A DNA stretch of 33,224 nucleotides from a virus (Duplodnaviria; Caudoviricetes), in IMG/VR virus record IMGVR_UViG_3300020045_005034, positions 1 through 33,224 of that record; one strand, given 5' to 3'. The stretch's first letter is position 1. Every line of letters begins with the position of its first letter. The notes below the pieces were generated by a model. It saw nothing but the letters and a program-made list of their open reading frames with translations. It was not told the origin of the DNA and searched no databases. This document shows, piece by piece, positions 16,285-24,524 of the stretch. Both the position numbers and the translations under genes were made by a program.

Positions 16285-16509
16285 ATGCCTGTAAATAATC
16301 TAATGCCAAGTATTAATGATCTAGAATCCGTTATATCAAAATATTCTATAAAAATTGATCATCGGATTAATACAATAGAAGATTTTTTAAAATCGGATAA
16401 TGTAGAACTCCAAACGGTGATACAGACATTAGAAAAGGAACTTTATGAGGATAAAATAGTATTGGCTGCATTAAAACATTACTATTATAATTTAGAAATT
16501 TGGAGATGA
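16285..16509 (+). CDS. Hypothetical helical protein
   Basis: AAGGAGTAAATCACCATG start. Confidence 0.7.
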   Translation: MPVNNLMPSINDLESVISKYSIKIDHRINTIEDFLKSDNVELQTVIQTLEKELYEDKIVLAALKHYYYNLEIWR

Positions 16510-16524
16510 GAGGAGTAAATCACC

Positions 16525-17064
16525 ATGCATCCATATTCAAATTATAAGGAAGCTGAAACTAAGCTTAAGGATATGAAGTTTGCACGACTTAAAGATGCTC
16601 AAGAGACTCTAGATACTCTTTTGAGTATGATTGAGAGTTATGGATTTGTCAGTCTTGGAGATGTCTATGATTTGTTTGGTGTAACAAGTCAGTTTGATGA
16701 TATGAAGTTCGGATGGATAGATCTCTCTAAGACAGCAATATGTACAATTCTTAACGTCATGGATGAGACAAGAGTCTATACACTTTCTTTCCCACCAGTT
16801 ATATCCTTGGATGCCGAGACAAAAAAGGATAAAGGAATGAAGGAAATTGATATTAGATTACTCCAGTATGCTAATCTGAGATTTGCCTTTGATAAACTGA
16901 AGGATTATGCTCTGGGCGAGAATTACTATAATATGAGTAACGATGTCTATTCAATTGATGCGGAGGCATGTTTGGATATTATGCTTGTGATATGGAAAAA
17001 GCGGCATCCAATAAAGGCGCTCTTTGGAATTATGCCAGATTTTCTTACCGATTGGGCAAGGTGA
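16525..17064 (+). CDS. Hypothetical protein with YG-x4-D-x-YDL-x-G...GW domain
   Basis: Paralogous to 18599 and 19487. Confidence 0.75.
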   Translation: MHPYSNYKEAETKLKDMKFARLKDAQETLDTLLSMIESYGFVSLGDVYDLFGVTSQFDDMKFGWIDLSKTAICTILNVMDETRVYTLSFPPVISLDAETKKDKGMKEIDIRLLQYANLRFAFDKLKDYALGENYYNMSNDVYSIDAEACLDIMLVIWKKRHPIKALFGIMPDFLTDWAR

Positions 17065-17070
17065 TAGAGG

Positions 17071-17253
17071 ATGCAAAATAAAGAAGTAAGAGATGCATTA
17101 CAAGGGATTCTAAGTTTATGTGAAGAAGGAAATCCATTCCATTTCTCAGATACAGAGTTAGTAGCACTTATGCAGGCATATGATATTTTTGATTTGCTAT
17201 CTCAGCAGGATGTTGTTAATGCTTTATGGGATAACACAAGAAAGGATAGGTAA
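17071..17253 (+). CDS. Hypothetical protein
   Basis: 60-aa ORF packed in the operon. Confidence 0.65.
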   Translation: MQNKEVRDALQGILSLCEEGNPFHFSDTELVALMQAYDIFDLLSQQDVVNALWDNTRKDR

Positions 17254-17476
17254 ATGAAAAGATATTTTGTTAGGTATCTCATACATAAAAATGGACGTTT
17301 AATAGGTTCTGGAAATTCTATATAATAGTTATAATAAGAATCTTAATATTGAGACACTGATTCAAATTGTTTTGGCTGCTATTAAAGAAAAGGGTCAAGA
17401 CCCATCACTCGAAATTACGATTCTCTCAGTCAACTATCTAGATGAATTGGAGGAGGCTGTCTCGTTCGCAATATAA
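17254..17476 (+). pseudogene. Frameshifted small gene
   Basis: MKRYFVRYLIHKNGRLIGSGNSI* stops at 17325. The +1 frame continues 50 codons (NSYNKNL...ITILSVNYLDE...FAI*) to 17476. Confidence 0.6.
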
Positions 17477-17478
17477 AC

Positions 17479-17507
17479 TCGCAGAAAAAACAATTACTAT
17501 AATAGAG
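17479..17507 (+). promoter_or_regulatory. 29-bp motif, copy 9
   Basis: TCGCAGAAAAAACAATTACTATAATAGAG. Confidence 0.85.
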
Positions 17508-17539
17508 CGAAAGCTACTAAAAATTAAGGAGAAATCACT

Positions 17540-17719
17540 ATGAAGAACCCAATTGAATTCGTTAAGAACCACAAGAAGGCAGCATTTATTGTTGGAGGTA
17601 TTATTGTAGGCGTGATTGTAACGGGAGTTATAATCTACACCAAACAACAGACCACCGCATTGGAAGCAGCACTTGAGGTCGGAGAAGGAATCGGATCGAC
17701 AGTGGAATCGGTAATTTGA
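17540..17719 (+). CDS. Cassette single-pass membrane protein, 59 aa (not in ORF track)
   Basis: MKNPIEFVKNHKKAAFIVGGIIVGVIVTGVIIYTKQ..., AAGGAGAAATCACTATG start. N-terminus resembles the 8022 protein. Confidence 0.8.
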   Translation: MKNPIEFVKNHKKAAFIVGGIIVGVIVTGVIIYTKQQTTALEAALEVGEGIGSTVESVI

Positions 17720-17723
17720 GTAG

Positions 17724-17778
17724 AGAGCAGAAAAGTGTAAGACATTAGAGAAATCTAGTGTCTTATTCTTTCTCTTTT
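17724..17778 (+). terminator. Long hairpin/terminator
   Basis: TAAGACATTAGA-GAAA-TCTAGTGTCTTA with extended flanking pairing and T-rich tail. Confidence 0.75.
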
Positions 17779-17783
17779 GCAAC

Positions 17784-17812
17784 TCGCTTAAAAAACAATG
17801 CCTATAATAGAA
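17784..17812 (+). promoter_or_regulatory. 29-bp motif, copy 10
   Basis: TCGCTTAAAAAACAATGCCTATAATAGAA. Confidence 0.85.
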
Positions 17813-17836
17813 CCATATTTTATAGGAGGAAAGAAA

Positions 17837-18121
17837 ATGAATATTTTTGGAGTAGTCAAGGTAGTAGGTGGTTTGGCAGCGGGAGTAGGAGCAACAGCAA
17901 TAGCAGGTGGTGTTGTCAACGGTGTAGTCACCCTAATGACGGTAACAAATCCAGTAATGAAGATTTGTGTTAAGTTAGGTGGCGCATGTTTGGCAGCAGC
18001 AGCAGCAACGGCAGCGGTCGGATCTTTCGAGTCAAGCATTGAAGGCATTGAACGAATTACAAAAGGAGTCAAAGAAAGACTCAAAGAAGAAAAAATGGAA
18101 ACAGTAAAGGTAGAGGCGTAA
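17837..18121 (+). CDS. Cassette Gly/Ala-rich membrane protein
   Basis: AGGAGG RBS before ATG 17837, Gly-zipper-like hydrophobic helices. Confidence 0.8.
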   Translation: MNIFGVVKVVGGLAAGVGATAIAGGVVNGVVTLMTVTNPVMKICVKLGGACLAAAAATAAVGSFESSIEGIERITKGVKERLKEEKMETVKVEA

Positions 18122-18139
18122 GTCTCTCCTTTTATTTTT
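18106..18139 (+). terminator. Terminator-like hairpin with stop codon in GTAA loop
   Basis: AAAGGTAGAGGC-GTAA-GTCTCTCCTTT-TATTTTT. Confidence 0.7.
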
Positions 18140-18155
18140 GAAAGGTAAAATCACC

Positions 18156-18476
18156 ATGCCAAGCAAACTAATACTATCAAATAAGGCATATCTCTATACA
18201 GCCTGGAATCGGGACTTCGTACGATATGAGGGAGTATTGTATGAAAGCCGCGATGGAGAAAATGGACAATTCAAAGGTAAAAACAGACGATTTGTTTGTA
18301 GCAGAGATCCTGAGATAGTCTTTAACTCCGCAGTATGGCTTAAAAAGCCCGATGATAATCTAGCAAGACGTCTATTAACCGATTATTATCTTGAAATGAT
18401 GGATAAATTAACAATTCGGATTGATAATTATGAACAACAAATTAAGAATTTAAATGAAGGAGTAAAATCACTATGA
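18156..18476 (+). CDS. Hypothetical protein
   Basis: AAAGGTAAAATCACCATG start. Confidence 0.75.
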   Translation: MPSKLILSNKAYLYTAWNRDFVRYEGVLYESRDGENGQFKGKNRRFVCSRDPEIVFNSAVWLKKPDDNLARRLLTDYYLEMMDKLTIRIDNYEQQIKNLNEGVKSL

Positions 18477-18580
18477 AAAAACAAAGCGGTCTTGGTATCT
18501 TATTTGACTTTATTATGGTCTTTCTTACCGGAGGTCTATGGCTTATCTGGGTGTTGATCCGATATTTGAGGACTCACTAA
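18473..18580 (+). CDS. 35-aa membrane peptide
   Basis: MKKQSGLGILFDFIMVFLTGGLWLIWVLIRYLRTH, AAGGAG RBS, ATGA overlap. Confidence 0.75.
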   Translation: MKKQSGLGILFDFIMVFLTGGLWLIWVLIRYLRTH

Positions 18581-18598
18581 GAAAGGAGGATTACCTAA

Positions 18599-19276
18599 AT
18601 GGCTGATTATGAAGACAAGGAAACATTGAGGGACAATTTTCCATCGAACAGTAAGACCAAGAAGATTGAAAAGTCTGCGGAAACCCCAAAGGTTGAAAAG
18701 GTTATTACTGGGAGTGTTAAAAAGCAGAAACGTTCTTTCGGTAAGAAGATGGCTGAGACATTCTTAGAAGATGATAGTAAGAGTGTTGGTAGCTACATGG
18801 TACACGATGTTCTTATCCCAGCTGGTAAATCGATGATTTGTGATATTGTTGGTTGGGGCGGCTTTGCTGAGATGATGTTATTTGGGGGTATTGGCAACAA
18901 GCGAGGTGGATCGAGTATCCGTCGAGAAGGCAATCGCTCGGTAACCAATTACTCCGCATCATACAACCAAGGAATGGTACGAGACTCAAGAGATCGCTCA
19001 GCTGGAAGAGAAATCTCTAAACTTGGACGAGCAAGACATGACTTTGATGAGGTTATTCTTGAGACCCGTGGAGAAGCTGAGGATGTATTGGCTCATCTTT
19101 TTGACTTGACAACTGATTATGGTCAGGCCACCGTAGCAGATTTGTATGACTTGGTTGGTATCACCAGCAACTTCACAGACAACAAATTTGGGTGGACAGA
19201 TCTAAGAGGCGCCAGTGTAGCTCGTGTAAGAGGCGGATATTTGATTAATCTTCCTCGGACGCAGGCATTGGATTAG
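18599..19276 (+). CDS. Conserved phage protein with C-terminal YG...YDL.G...GW domain
   Basis: 225 aa, AAGGAGG RBS. Confidence 0.85.
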   Translation: MADYEDKETLRDNFPSNSKTKKIEKSAETPKVEKVITGSVKKQKRSFGKKMAETFLEDDSKSVGSYMVHDVLIPAGKSMICDIVGWGGFAEMMLFGGIGNKRGGSSIRREGNRSVTNYSASYNQGMVRDSRDRSAGREISKLGRARHDFDEVILETRGEAEDVLAHLFDLTTDYGQATVADLYDLVGITSNFTDNKFGWTDLRGASVARVRGGYLINLPRTQALD

Positions 19277-19290
19277 TATGGGACGTTTTA

Positions 19291-19494
19291 ATGAATATTT
19301 TTAAGTGGTATGTAGATAATAGCCAAAAGACCATAGACGAGGTAAGGGCCCCACATCCAGATAAGGATATCCATAATTTAAGATTGATTCTTTATAGCAT
19401 TCAGCCATATTCTAAATGGTGGAGATGGGGTTTTATTAGATCATTAAAACGAGCCATTCAAGCGTTAGAAAAGGAGAATTCTAAAAATGGATGA
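19291..19494 (+). CDS. Hypothetical protein
   Basis: 67-aa ORF packed in the operon. Confidence 0.55.
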   Translation: MNIFKWYVDNSQKTIDEVRAPHPDKDIHNLRLILYSIQPYSKWWRWGFIRSLKRAIQALEKENSKNG

Positions 19495-19870
19495 GCAGGA
19501 AAAATGTTATCTATGTGATAAGACATTGGCTGTATGGGATAACCCAAGTGGCACATTTGGTTGGCAAACCATTTATCCAGAGTTTTGTCCAGGATGCGGT
19601 AAAAAGAAAGAAGAATCTCCTACATATATGATTCAAGAAATCCATTTCTCAACATTAGCTGAGGCTACAAGAGTATTTTTAGAGATTCTTAGTGTAATTG
19701 AGGATTATGGATTTATCACTGTAGCGGATTACTATGATTTGGTTGGTAGGATTACAGATCTTCGAGACTTCAACTATGGATGGAATAATATATCCGCCAT
19801 GCATATTTGGAATTCAAAAGATGGGTATTATATTGATTTACCTAGACCGCAAGAGGTTAAAGGGTGGTGA
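19487..19870 (+). CDS. Zn-ribbon fused to YG...YDL.G...GW domain
   Basis: CYLC...FCPGCG followed by the paralogous domain. Confidence 0.8.
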   Translation: MDEQEKCYLCDKTLAVWDNPSGTFGWQTIYPEFCPGCGKKKEESPTYMIQEIHFSTLAEATRVFLEILSVIEDYGFITVADYYDLVGRITDLRDFNYGWNNISAMHIWNSKDGYYIDLPRPQEVKGW

Positions 19871-19874
19871 TTAG

Positions 19875-20141
19875 ATGCCTTTCCACTATCACTCATGGCC
19901 TAGACCTGGTAACAGAGCAAAGAAGGTCAAACAAAAGCATCGTTTAAGACATATAGATCATGATTGGATATATTCTAAGATTGGCGGTCATGGTGGATCT
20001 TATGGTTGGGATCATATATATGGACGGGCTTGGATTGCTCATATTGGAAGTAGGAGTAAACTTAAAATTGCTTGGTATAACCTAATTCTATATTTGAAAT
20101 GGTTGAATAGGAGGATCAAAAATGATCGAGATTATACGTGA
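19875..20141 (+). CDS. Basic His/Trp-rich hypothetical protein
   Basis: 88-aa ORF with GGTGGTGA RBS. Confidence 0.6.
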   Translation: MPFHYHSWPRPGNRAKKVKQKHRLRHIDHDWIYSKIGGHGGSYGWDHIYGRAWIAHIGSRSKLKIAWYNLILYLKWLNRRIKNDRDYT

Positions 20142-20580
20142 TAGTAAATCTGATAGTCGGGTAGTTAATGGAGAGTTAGATATTGACAAGCTTTTCCAAG
20201 CGACGCTGCGACATATGAGAGAGGTACAGGATGGTCTTGGTTATTTTGCCGATCTTCTTGATCGAGCAGGAGAATGCCATGACTACACTAAACTTACCAA
20301 ACTGGAAGACTATCATGCAGCCTTAACTAGTGGAACTATCAAACAGAGTGACTGGTTCCGCTACCATATTACAGAGGAGCGCCATCATCCTCTACAATAT
20401 CTCAAACAGGATATTAATCTGCTTGACGTTCTTGAGTATTTGACTGACTGTGTGATGGCAGGCTCTGTCCGTGGGAATGTGCATGAGATTAAACTGCCTG
20501 ATGAGCTTCTCCAGAAGGCTTTCGCTAATACTGTAGAGCTGCTCAAGCGGCAAGTAGTCGTTACGGAGGTTGAAGAGTGA
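20122..20580 (+). CDS. DUF5662-like HD-type metal-dependent hydrolase
   Basis: H..EV, HDYTKL, H...ERHHP, D.LE...DCVMA motifs. Confidence 0.7.
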   Translation: MIEIIRDSKSDSRVVNGELDIDKLFQATLRHMREVQDGLGYFADLLDRAGECHDYTKLTKLEDYHAALTSGTIKQSDWFRYHITEERHHPLQYLKQDINLLDVLEYLTDCVMAGSVRGNVHEIKLPDELLQKAFANTVELLKRQVVVTEVEE

Positions 20581-20769
20581 GTGAATGACCCATTAGTTGA
20601 GCCTAAAATTGGAGACATGGTTAAACACCGCACACATGATGTCATTGGGTTTGTGGTTGATAAACAACCTAATATTCTCAACCCATCGATCATATATTTG
20701 AAAGTGCGGGCCCGTAAGACAAATGTAGTTTATGTAACACCGATGGATTATTGGTGTGTTTGGAGGTAG
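20581..20769 (+). CDS. Small SH3-like protein
   Basis: KIGDMVKH...VIGFV...YLKVR...Y.TP...W. Confidence 0.7.
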   Translation: MNDPLVEPKIGDMVKHRTHDVIGFVVDKQPNILNPSIIYLKVRARKTNVVYVTPMDYWCVWR

Positions 20770-20772
20770 ACG

Positions 20773-20991
20773 ATGAGTTATATTACTGATATGCCAGATG
20801 TCCGGGATGAGGTTAAGCACATATCCCAGGATGTTATTGGTGTGGTACTAACCAAACATCTTGGTGATGTGACAGTAGGCCAAGATCCGCTGAAATATTA
20901 TCTTGATATCCGTATCTCAGAAGAGAATGTATATTATGACTCTCCAGCATCGAACTGGATTGTTACAAAGGCCGTTGAGGATTTGGAATGA
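20773..20991 (+). CDS. Small SH3-like protein (tandem paralog)
   Basis: DEVKH...VIGVV...YLDIR...YY.SP..NW. Confidence 0.75.
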   Translation: MSYITDMPDVRDEVKHISQDVIGVVLTKHLGDVTVGQDPLKYYLDIRISEENVYYDSPASNWIVTKAVEDLE

Positions 20992-21380
20992 TGGATGAGC
21001 AAAAGATTCTTAAAAAATTGCACCAAAATTTGGATTGGTCACTACGAGGCGCATGTGATAACAATCCTCAAGCGGCGGTTGCTCTAAAACTCATATCTGA
21101 TTCCATATTGAGTGTTATGAAAGAATGTGAGATGGAGAAAACTGTTACAGAATTAAATGTGAGTGGGATGCCTGTACCTAAGATATATAGTACTCCACCA
21201 GAGGTTGATAACCAACAAATTGTATTTATTGAGCGTAGAAGGATTGCTGGAACGAGAGATTATGAAGAAGTCTTTTCAACAATTGGTCAATGTCCATCAT
21301 GTGAGGAAACCTTAAAGCGTACCGACCATAAGAACTACTGTGGTAATTGTGGGCAAGCAATTAGATGGACACGCTACTAA
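20988..21380 (+). CDS. Protein with C-terminal Zn ribbon
   Basis: CPSC...YCGNCGQAIRW. Confidence 0.75.
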   Translation: MMDEQKILKKLHQNLDWSLRGACDNNPQAAVALKLISDSILSVMKECEMEKTVTELNVSGMPVPKIYSTPPEVDNQQIVFIERRRIAGTRDYEEVFSTIGQCPSCEETLKRTDHKNYCGNCGQAIRWTRY

Positions 21381-21381
21381 G

Positions 21382-21410
21382 TCGCTAAAATAACAACTGT
21401 TCTAATGAAG
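21382..21410 (+). promoter_or_regulatory. 29-bp motif, copy 11
   Basis: TCGCTAAAATAACAACTGTTCTAATGAAG. Confidence 0.8.
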
Positions 21411-21443
21411 CTAAGCTTCTATATTTTGAAAGGAAGAAACACT

Positions 21444-22391
21444 ATGAAAATTTCAAACATTCTTACTTCTCTGTCTAAAATGACAGGACGAACGGGGTTG
21501 CTTATCCAAGCGAAAAGCCCTGAAATCTTGCTGGTAATTGGTATTACTGGTGCAGTTGCTTCTACGGTTCTTGCATGCCGTGCGACCCTGAAGGTTGAAA
21601 CCGTGCTTGATAACCATATGGAGACAAGAAACAAAATTGACCATTGCTGGGATAAGGTAAAAGAGGGCGAAGTATCGCTTGATGAGTATTCTGACATGGA
21701 CCACAAGAAAGATCTCGTTATCGCTTACACTCATACTGGTCTTGACTTCGTTAAGCTCTATGGTCCGGCAGTAACCCTTGGTGTTATTTCCTTGGCGTGT
21801 ATTGTCGGAAGTCATGGTATCATGAAGCAGCGCAATGTTGCTCTCATGGCGGCATATCAGGCTGTTGAGAAGGGCTTCGCTGCTTATCGCAAACGCGTAG
21901 TTGAAGAGTTCGGCGAAGAGAAAGACTACATGTACAAAAATGGTCTGCGCTCTGAGACAGTCATCGAAGAAGAAGTCGGTGAGAACGGTAAGGTCAAGAA
22001 AGTCAAGAAAGAGAAACTTGTTGTCGATCCGAATGGCTTCAGCATGTATGCTCGTTTCTTTGATGAAAGCTGTTCTGAATGGAGTAAAGATCCTGAGTAT
22101 AACCTGTTCTTCTTGAAAGCTCAGCAAAACATATTCAACGATCTTCTTAAGGTGCGTGGGCATGTCTTCTTGAATGAAGTGTATGATGCGCTTGGTATTA
22201 AGAGAAGCAGAGCTGGAGCTGTTGTTGGTTGGGTAATTCGTCCTGGACATGACAACTTTGTTGACTTCGGTATATTTGATGGTGACCGCGAAAAGGTTCG
22301 TGACTTCGTTAATGGTAAGGAACGTAGCATCCTTCTTGACTTCAATGTTGACGGGGTGATCTATGACCTTTTTACGAAAGAGACGGATTAA
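21444..22391 (+). CDS. DUF6353-like conserved phage protein (second paralog)
   Basis: SPEIL..GITG.V.STVLACRATLK, YARFFDE, FLNEVYD.LG.....G..VGW, LLDFNVDG.I. Confidence 0.85.
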   Translation: MKISNILTSLSKMTGRTGLLIQAKSPEILLVIGITGAVASTVLACRATLKVETVLDNHMETRNKIDHCWDKVKEGEVSLDEYSDMDHKKDLVIAYTHTGLDFVKLYGPAVTLGVISLACIVGSHGIMKQRNVALMAAYQAVEKGFAAYRKRVVEEFGEEKDYMYKNGLRSETVIEEEVGENGKVKKVKKEKLVVDPNGFSMYARFFDESCSEWSKDPEYNLFFLKAQQNIFNDLLKVRGHVFLNEVYDALGIKRSRAGAVVGWVIRPGHDNFVDFGIFDGDREKVRDFVNGKERSILLDFNVDGVIYDLFTKETD

Positions 22392-22473
22392 ATTTCGTCG
22401 GTTCCGGTAACTTTTACAGAGACATATTTGACTATCCGCATTTATTTACTTACTTTTGAAAGGAATCATAATT

Positions 22474-22671
22474 ATGCCGGATGAACTGATTGTAAAAGCT
22501 GAGTTAATCTGCAGAGATCTTCGAGCAAAAGAATTTGCTTATAAGGATTATCCTAATGCTGGTTCGGACGTTGATATTTCTTCAATGGCTAAGGACTCTG
22601 CAGATGTGATCGAGGGACTTATATCTACAATTGATGAACTTAATGATTATATTAGGTATAAGGGAGACTGA
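22474..22671 (+). CDS. Hypothetical protein
   Basis: GAAAGGA RBS before ATG 22474. Confidence 0.65.
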   Translation: MPDELIVKAELICRDLRAKEFAYKDYPNAGSDVDISSMAKDSADVIEGLISTIDELNDYIRYKGD

Positions 22672-22689
22672 TGAGAAGAGGGGGTTATC

Positions 22690-22914
22690 ATGATGATTAA
22701 TGAGTATGATGGTATGTACTATATCTTCTGGGATGAGCAAGCTAATATGTTTTACGATCCCTGTGGTATAAGAATCATCAACATATTTGACTTGGTAACT
22801 CCCAATGATCTCTTTCTATTCCGCCACAACCCTAAACAATTCTGTGCTTTCCCTATGAAGGGTGAGCCACGAACGGTATGCATATTTGTCACAAATGAAG
22901 AGGGCTATCAATGA
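22690..22914 (+). CDS. Hypothetical protein
   Basis: GAGGGGG RBS, 74 aa. Confidence 0.65.
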   Translation: MMINEYDGMYYIFWDEQANMFYDPCGIRIINIFDLVTPNDLFLFRHNPKQFCAFPMKGEPRTVCIFVTNEEGYQ

Positions 22915-22927
22915 AAGGAGATTCACT

Positions 22928-23713
22928 ATGAACAAAAACATCCTTATATTCTTCGCAGCATTCTTGGCTGGTGGAGGAGTTGGTTGGATCGTCACCAAAC
23001 GAGTTCTTGAGATGAAGTACGATAAGCTAATTGAAGAGGAAATCCAAAGTGTTAAAGATACTTTTGAAGCTCGGAGACCACGCAGTATGAGTAAAGAAGA
23101 TGCTGAAAAAATTGCTAGTACTAAGGTTACTTCCGAACGTCCGAACAATCCGGCAGGCGTACTAAGTCGCTCATCGCTCGACAACAATCCTTATGAGCAA
23201 GCTAAGCGTCAGTATAATCTTGCGGGCATTGATCTCTCTAAGGTTGAGCCGGACGGCGAACCTGATGAGGATTCTGACGAAGATGAAGACGATGAGCCAG
23301 ATGATGGTGAATTGAGAGATGCTGCAGGTAAGACTGAGCAAGACATGCTGGATCTTACTAAGGTAAATCGGACGATGCCATATTTGATTAATGATCAGGA
23401 GTTCACAGATGAGTTTGACCATCATGACAAGGTGTCACTATATTACTACAGGCTCGATGATGTGTTGACTGAGGAGAATGAAGAGATCATTGACGATATT
23501 GAGACGACGGTTGGTTATGATGCACTTGCCACACTAGATAAGCAGACAACCGTATGGGTGCGTAATGAGCCACTTGGTATTGATTATGAGATCATCGGCA
23601 TTAACAAGACATATTCTGAGACAGTACTTGGAATCAAGGCAGATGCTGCACTGTCGCCAAGAGAACGATATGAGAGGCAGCAGAAACGGAAGGAAGCAAA
23701 TGGAGGAAAGTAG
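22928..23713 (+). CDS. Membrane-anchored acidic conserved phage protein
   Basis: N-terminal TM, D/E-rich linker, PY.I...EF...L.YY..D.VL...VWVRN.....DYEI. Confidence 0.85.
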   Translation: MNKNILIFFAAFLAGGGVGWIVTKRVLEMKYDKLIEEEIQSVKDTFEARRPRSMSKEDAEKIASTKVTSERPNNPAGVLSRSSLDNNPYEQAKRQYNLAGIDLSKVEPDGEPDEDSDEDEDDEPDDGELRDAAGKTEQDMLDLTKVNRTMPYLINDQEFTDEFDHHDKVSLYYYRLDDVLTEENEEIIDDIETTVGYDALATLDKQTTVWVRNEPLGIDYEIIGINKTYSETVLGIKADAALSPRERYERQQKRKEANGGK

Positions 23714-24230
23714 ATACTTCGATTTCCTTTGTGCTATTGTCGGGAGGTCTCATGAATACAGTATACTCCTCGACGAGTTACATGGAATTGAGTTCTATTC
23801 ATTGATTCCTAATGATGATAACCGATGTGAAGATGGTAAACATTTAAGACAATTATTTATTGATGAAGTGGGCCCAACAGGGTCTTCTTCTTTGCCTCAT
23901 AATCATTGTACAGTACTTGAAATGCTTATCGGTTTGTCATTTCGGTTAGAATTTGAGACTGCACAGAGCCGTTGGGAGAAAAAACCCAGCGAGTGGTTTT
24001 GGATATTAATCGATAATTTAGGAATATCTGAGTGGGATAATGAGTGTTTTGATGAGCATCGCGACGAGTGGTCAGTCCTTGATGAACAAGTCGGACGAAT
24101 GCTTGCAAGGGACTATGAAGCTAATGGTAATGGTGGGTTATTTCCATTAAAAGAGACCAAAAGAGACCAAAGACGAGTAGAAATTTGGTATCAAATGAGC
24201 GAATACATTATGGAAAATTATCCGATGTAA
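23700..24230 (+). CDS. Conserved phage hypothetical protein
   Basis: YF.FL...D.NR..DG..LR...C.VLEMLI.L..R...G.GGLFPL...DQR.VEIWYQM..Y. Start assigned at ATG 23700. Confidence 0.8.
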   Translation: MEESRYFDFLCAIVGRSHEYSILLDELHGIEFYSLIPNDDNRCEDGKHLRQLFIDEVGPTGSSSLPHNHCTVLEMLIGLSFRLEFETAQSRWEKKPSEWFWILIDNLGISEWDNECFDEHRDEWSVLDEQVGRMLARDYEANGNGGLFPLKETKRDQRRVEIWYQMSEYIMENYPM

Positions 24231-24490
24231 TTTGGGTTTTGTTACGTTTTTGTGACACTTTTTAAAAGGGGTGTTTTTTGAGACTGGTGAAAAATGGGTG
24301 TTTTTGGGAAAGTGTGACAAATAAGTGTAACAAGAGTTACAGTTTGTGACACTTCGAAAAACCTTGAAACGCCCTATTCCCAGGGGTTTTCGGGTTTTTG
24401 TTACGTTTGTTACACTATTTTAAAGAAAAAGATATATATATAAGTATTAATATAAAAAGTTTTCACAAGTAAAAGTGTAACGTAACAGAA
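24231..24490. repeat. Candidate replication origin: GTKAC iterons, inverted repeat, AT-rich tract
   Basis: About 10 TGTTAC/TGTGAC/GTAACA-type copies in both orientations, imperfect inverted repeat 24357-24398, AT-rich 24417-24458. Largest non-coding gap, directly upstream of the replicase. Confidence 0.65.
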
Positions 24491-24524
24491 TTCAAAAAGT
24501 AGTAAATTTAAGAGGAGGGATTAA

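Noticed and set aside
7986-21443. ORF-track starts inside the motif (7986, 17798, 21405) as leaderless genes
   Set aside because: Each has a strong RBS and ATG 36-39 nt downstream. The ATG in copy 5 hits a stop within a few codons.
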